DNA of 63,499 nucleotides from Candidatus Campbellbacteria bacterium (GTDB lineage Bacteria; Patescibacteriota; Minisyncoccia; Phycocordibacterales; JABAAK01): NCBI GenBank assembly GCA_028817035.1, contig JAPPQH010000005.1, positions 1 to 63,499 of the forward strand, read 5' to 3'. Shown piece by piece: positions 61,401 to 63,499 of this stretch (position 1 is its first letter; each line of letters starts with the position of its first letter). The notes under the pieces were generated by a model. It saw only the letters and a program-made list of their open reading frames with translations, ran no database searches and was not told where the DNA came from. The position numbers and the translations under genes were made by a program.

Positions 61401-63499
61401 AATACTACCAACACCACTCTCTGCATCCGTCGCAGTCACAGTCGCCGTGGTCGTTGTGGCTCTCGGATTTGCTGGCTCATTAAACCTCACCTTAACTGTT
61501 GGTGGTGTGTTGTCTGACGCTGTAATTATTACCCTAAATGTCCGCGATGCTGTTCCATCTGCATACCTTACTTGTATTGTGTTTTGTCCATTGTCGAGAG
61601 GATACCTTCCTGTCTCTTCTCCTGCATTAAGTATTGGATAAATCCAGTAATGCCCCGATCTTCCTTTAGATGATGGACAATGTAGTGAGTTACTACCTCT
61701 AGATCCACCGTTCATACTTGTGGTATGCGCTAGAACAGGACTACCGTTGATATATAGAGATGTTGCTTGGCCAGCATCAGAACATCCTGATATCCAATTG
61801 AAATACCTTCTATTTGAAGTAAGTAAACCACCGTCTGATACAGTGTGTTGACTACAACCAGACCTAGCAGATGAACATAAACTAAATTTAAAAATTATTG
61901 GTGGTGTGACAGGAGGACGGGTGTTGTAGGTAATTGATCGTTGTGGTGCTGCTGTGTTGTCGTTCCCTGCTGCATCTTGTGCTACACCAGCTGCCACATT
62001 GATATTTGCTGTTCCATCTGAGTTTGCAGGCGGTGTGTATGTTGCCGTGTAAGTTGTCCCACTACCTGCGAAGTTTGAAAGCGTTCCAACAGATGCAGTA
62101 AGTTCAGCAGCAACAAAACCAGTAACCGCCTCAGAAAATCTCACTGTGATTGTTGAAGTCACGCCAACCCCTGTTATTGACAAGGGATTAGGAGTTATTG
62201 AGACCGTAGGAGGTGTGGTGTCTGCGGGTGGTGATGCAGGTGTTATGGTGATTGTTACTGGGTTTGACCACTGACTGCTACCCGATCTTGCCACTCGTAT
62301 TTTATATGTTCCTGGGTCTCTTACTGAGTTCCAGAGATTACTACTAGGATACACTATATAATATCCATTGCCTCCTGTAGCAGATTGGCTCGCCGTAGGG
62401 CAGGCAGATTCATTCGTTGATGGATTTTTGTTTGGATCAGTTCTATGGGTTGCTGCCAGGTTTGCATACATGCCATTATCTTTTTTTATTTGGAAAGAAA
62501 GACTTTCTGTTCTTGTACGACAACCGAAGATATACACAATCTTATTGTTAGTAGTTGACCCTCCATTTGTGATTCTTGAACAGTTGCTATTCCAAGGGCT
62601 ATACGAACCGCCTTCCCTACATGGAGTGCTACCACTACCAACACCAATCGCTGTGATTGTTGGAGCAGTTTGTGCGGGTGGTGGTGATGGTGCTGTTATG
62701 GTGATTGTAAATGTCTGTGATGCTGTTCCATCTGCATATCTTACTTGTATTGTGTTTTGTCCATTGTTGAGAGAATAACTTCCTACATCATTTCCCGCAT
62801 TGAGTATTGGGTAAATCAAGTAATGCCCCGATCTTCCTATAGATGAAGGACAAATTATTGAGTGACTACCTGTAGAGCCACTATTCCTACTTGTGGTATG
62901 TGCGGGAACAGAGTTACCGTTGACATATAGAGATGTTGCCTTACCACCATCAGAACATCCTGTTACAGTCTGGAAATACCTTTTAACTGAAGTGAGTGAA
63001 CCACCATTTGATACAGAATGTGGGGTACAATCATTGATATTTAATGTACATAAAGTAATTACAGAAATTGTTGGTGCAGTTTGTGCAGGTGGTGGTGGCG
63101 TTGGCACTTGTGCGGGTGCTGTTCTTGTAAATGTATGTTTTGTAGCAGATGATTCTTCTTGTGCGTTTGCCCCATTCACATCTGTCGCACCCAATACACA
63201 GACACTAATTTGTCCAGTTTGTGTAAGTGTGTCTGTTATTTCTGCCGTTGTGGTTGAGGTTGATACCGCTCTCCAAGAAGAAGAAGGGATGTAAGTCCCC
63301 CCAGAACAAGAATTTCCTGCCACAACCTTATACTTGTAGTGAGTAACACCATTCCCTCCCACATTTAAAGCAAGTGCACCTGCAGAACCTGTTGACCCTG
63401 CTGCTGGTGTTCCGTTGACACTTGCTTGTGCTGTTATGGTAATCGTTACTGCATTTGATTTCTGACTGCTACCTGGTTCTGCCACCTGTATCTTGTATG
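58449..63499 (-). CDS. Giant secreted/surface protein (more than 1680 aa; 5' end outside the window)
   Basis: Ig-like modules (DTTPPTVSITP...AAGNDN), FG-GAP-like propeller repeats (GFGYSVATDGDTLVVGAP, WFGWSVAIDGDTLVVGAS) and duplicated Cys-containing modules of about 110 aa. The ORF runs to the window edge. Confidence 0.8.
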   Translation of the reverse strand, partial: YKIQVAEPGSSQKSNAVTITITAQASVNGTPAAGSTGSAGALALNVGGNGVTHYKYKVVAGNSCSGGTYIPSSSWRAVSTSTTTAEITDTLTQTGQISVCVLGATDVNGANAQEESSATKHTFTRTAPAQVPTPPPPAQTAPTISVITLCTLNINDCTPHSVSNGGSLTSVKRYFQTVTGCSDGGKATSLYVNGNSVPAHTTSRNSGSTGSHSIICPSSIGRSGHYLIYPILNAGNDVGSYSLNNGQNTIQVRYADGTASQTFTITITAPSPPPAQTAPTITAIGVGSGSTPCREGGSYSPWNSNCSRITNGGSTTNNKIVYIFGCRTRTESLSFQIKKDNGMYANLAATHRTDPNKNPSTNESACPTASQSATGGNGYYIVYPSSNLWNSVRDPGTYKIRVARSGSSQWSNPVTITITPASPPADTTPPTVSITPNPLSITGVGVTSTITVRFSEAVTGFVAAELTASVGTLSNFAGSGTTYTATYTPPANSDGTANINVAAGVAQDAAGNDNTAAPQRSITYNTRPPVTPPIIFKFSLCSSARSGCSQHTVSDGGLLTSNRRYFNWISGCSDAGQATSLYINGSPVLAHTTSMNGGSRGSNSLHCPSSKGRSGHYWIYPILNAGEETGRYPLDNGQNTIQVRYADGTASRTFRVIITASDNTPPTVKVRFNEPANPRATTTTATVTATDAESGVGSIKWKYVTSATQSCPTSASSYTNTPALTVSGKTKTATITDIRLTETRKICVIATNTVSLSQISSPKTVPPKPLDRSASDTGSDGWNLVGRLWNSVVGWVYLNCDENSRGEKCPFDTTTNSKIKVTYKPGPSELSGIAYNPIIGEISFNKEDVNNCPATTGMFGSGTICRDGSLTSTPSWDEDRSFINEELGLGVGDDVSLLDFVSPKIYLVSKSKGELVVLTEAGNEWTRQNEKVTSPTSISASGNKVAVFSDTQETEGSSKKYKIHVFDTADSDAIAKKEVEFVTNSDTTPATSLAISDSLIVLGVSNIPTNTGSVRYWKKQGGRWGSMQTLTLPDPSTVLGFGYSVATDGDTLVVGAPATNSSQGKVYVYNAKTLSKIKTLQPPPRQPPSSSSRWFGWSVAIDGDTLVVGASWESAIYIYETSDLDAEPEKETVESVSYLGQFVSVKGNTIAVDSGFSGRESVYLYRKQGNSWERDSNSLAGSNPVLSSSGARVLVASRQGPRDNKIKSVKLYARTSSETATQTCDCRARIINEDRVHKLTGWARVKGFKDEDHNFGWISFDNSNTSTSTLTLNTEKKYEVVVRSNRENSPFGERELRGWAWSDNFGFFRFCDRNADREISSCLGGERLEEGQLIPRDLVNIIPNPGEQFIDISIRDSGVGNEIDVSFDCGNLVSSATNFGLPPEDLKKPSGSTGRVASPGILRYFVDCGTPTNAGGLTTPFYTKRIRGEFSVEGFLGSFAAEPQLIRSEDNVKLVTEDIREYLSESPVKILNDVEPGPVLNDKFVVSHVEGVTEVAFAFVPGSTTDKNACSSASPYTDFTKEGNIYSTSISTNNGMKVCVRVKTGTTSDNDVSYRYLLSSEKINIATGSPSDTSQDVEPEDEPKLTCGVYDITTTVEKTDADPGKNLIGTKKSINAEGTGGIAYKWSNKDSAYIYTITATTDSGVETEKRYELECKRDEKPVVSQFARVKIRPTFFRNFLGN

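Overview
All calls below were made by eye, without tools. RNA ends and hairpin coordinates are good to about +/-5 nt.

**Organism and coding content.** The window reads as a compact, AT-rich chromosome segment from a Patescibacteria/CPR (Parcubacteria-like) bacterium using the standard genetic code. Almost all genes lie on the minus strand. Recognisable genes are:
- Housekeeping and repair: pyrG, ftsEX, ychF, uvrC, uvrA, uvrB, an FKBP isomerase, lysS, nrdAB, a peroxiredoxin, a 3-methyladenine glycosylase, rplS and an RluA-family pseudouridine synthase.
- Transport: a NitT/TauT-type ABC transporter, MscS and a CaCA antiporter.
- Pilus and competence: a type IV pilus operon (pilM-N-O-x-B-T-C plus pilins) next to comF.
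- Others: a RuvX-YqaA fusion, two large repetitive surface proteins and a glutathione-reductase-like gene.
- RNA genes: one stand-alone 16S rRNA, nine canonical tRNAs and one atypical tRNA-like gene.

**Why the non-coding fraction is the unusual part:**
1. Four tandem long-hairpin small RNAs sit upstream of ftsEX, each with its own promoter.
2. Short hairpin-rich inserts are flanked by perfect duplications of tRNA 3' ends at tRNA-Ile, tRNA-His and tRNA-Ser. A 736-bp tRNA-Leu cassette is flanked by 26-bp direct repeats.
3. A GC-rich two-hairpin interspersed repeat family has covarying stems. One copy lies in frame inside the glycosylase gene.
4. The 16S 3' tail lacks the CCUCC anti-Shine-Dalgarno core. 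First genes look leaderless, yet a minority of GC-richer genes, each with its own promoter and terminator, carry perfect AGGAGG sites.
5. Three unassigned structured RNAs are present. One exposes ACCUCCUUU in a hairpin loop.
6. A tRNA-Ala-like gene has a 19-nt insert in place of the anticodon loop.
7. A two-gene micro-peptide unit lies inside the uvr cluster.
8. A tandem zinc-finger protein is encoded next to the 16S promoter.
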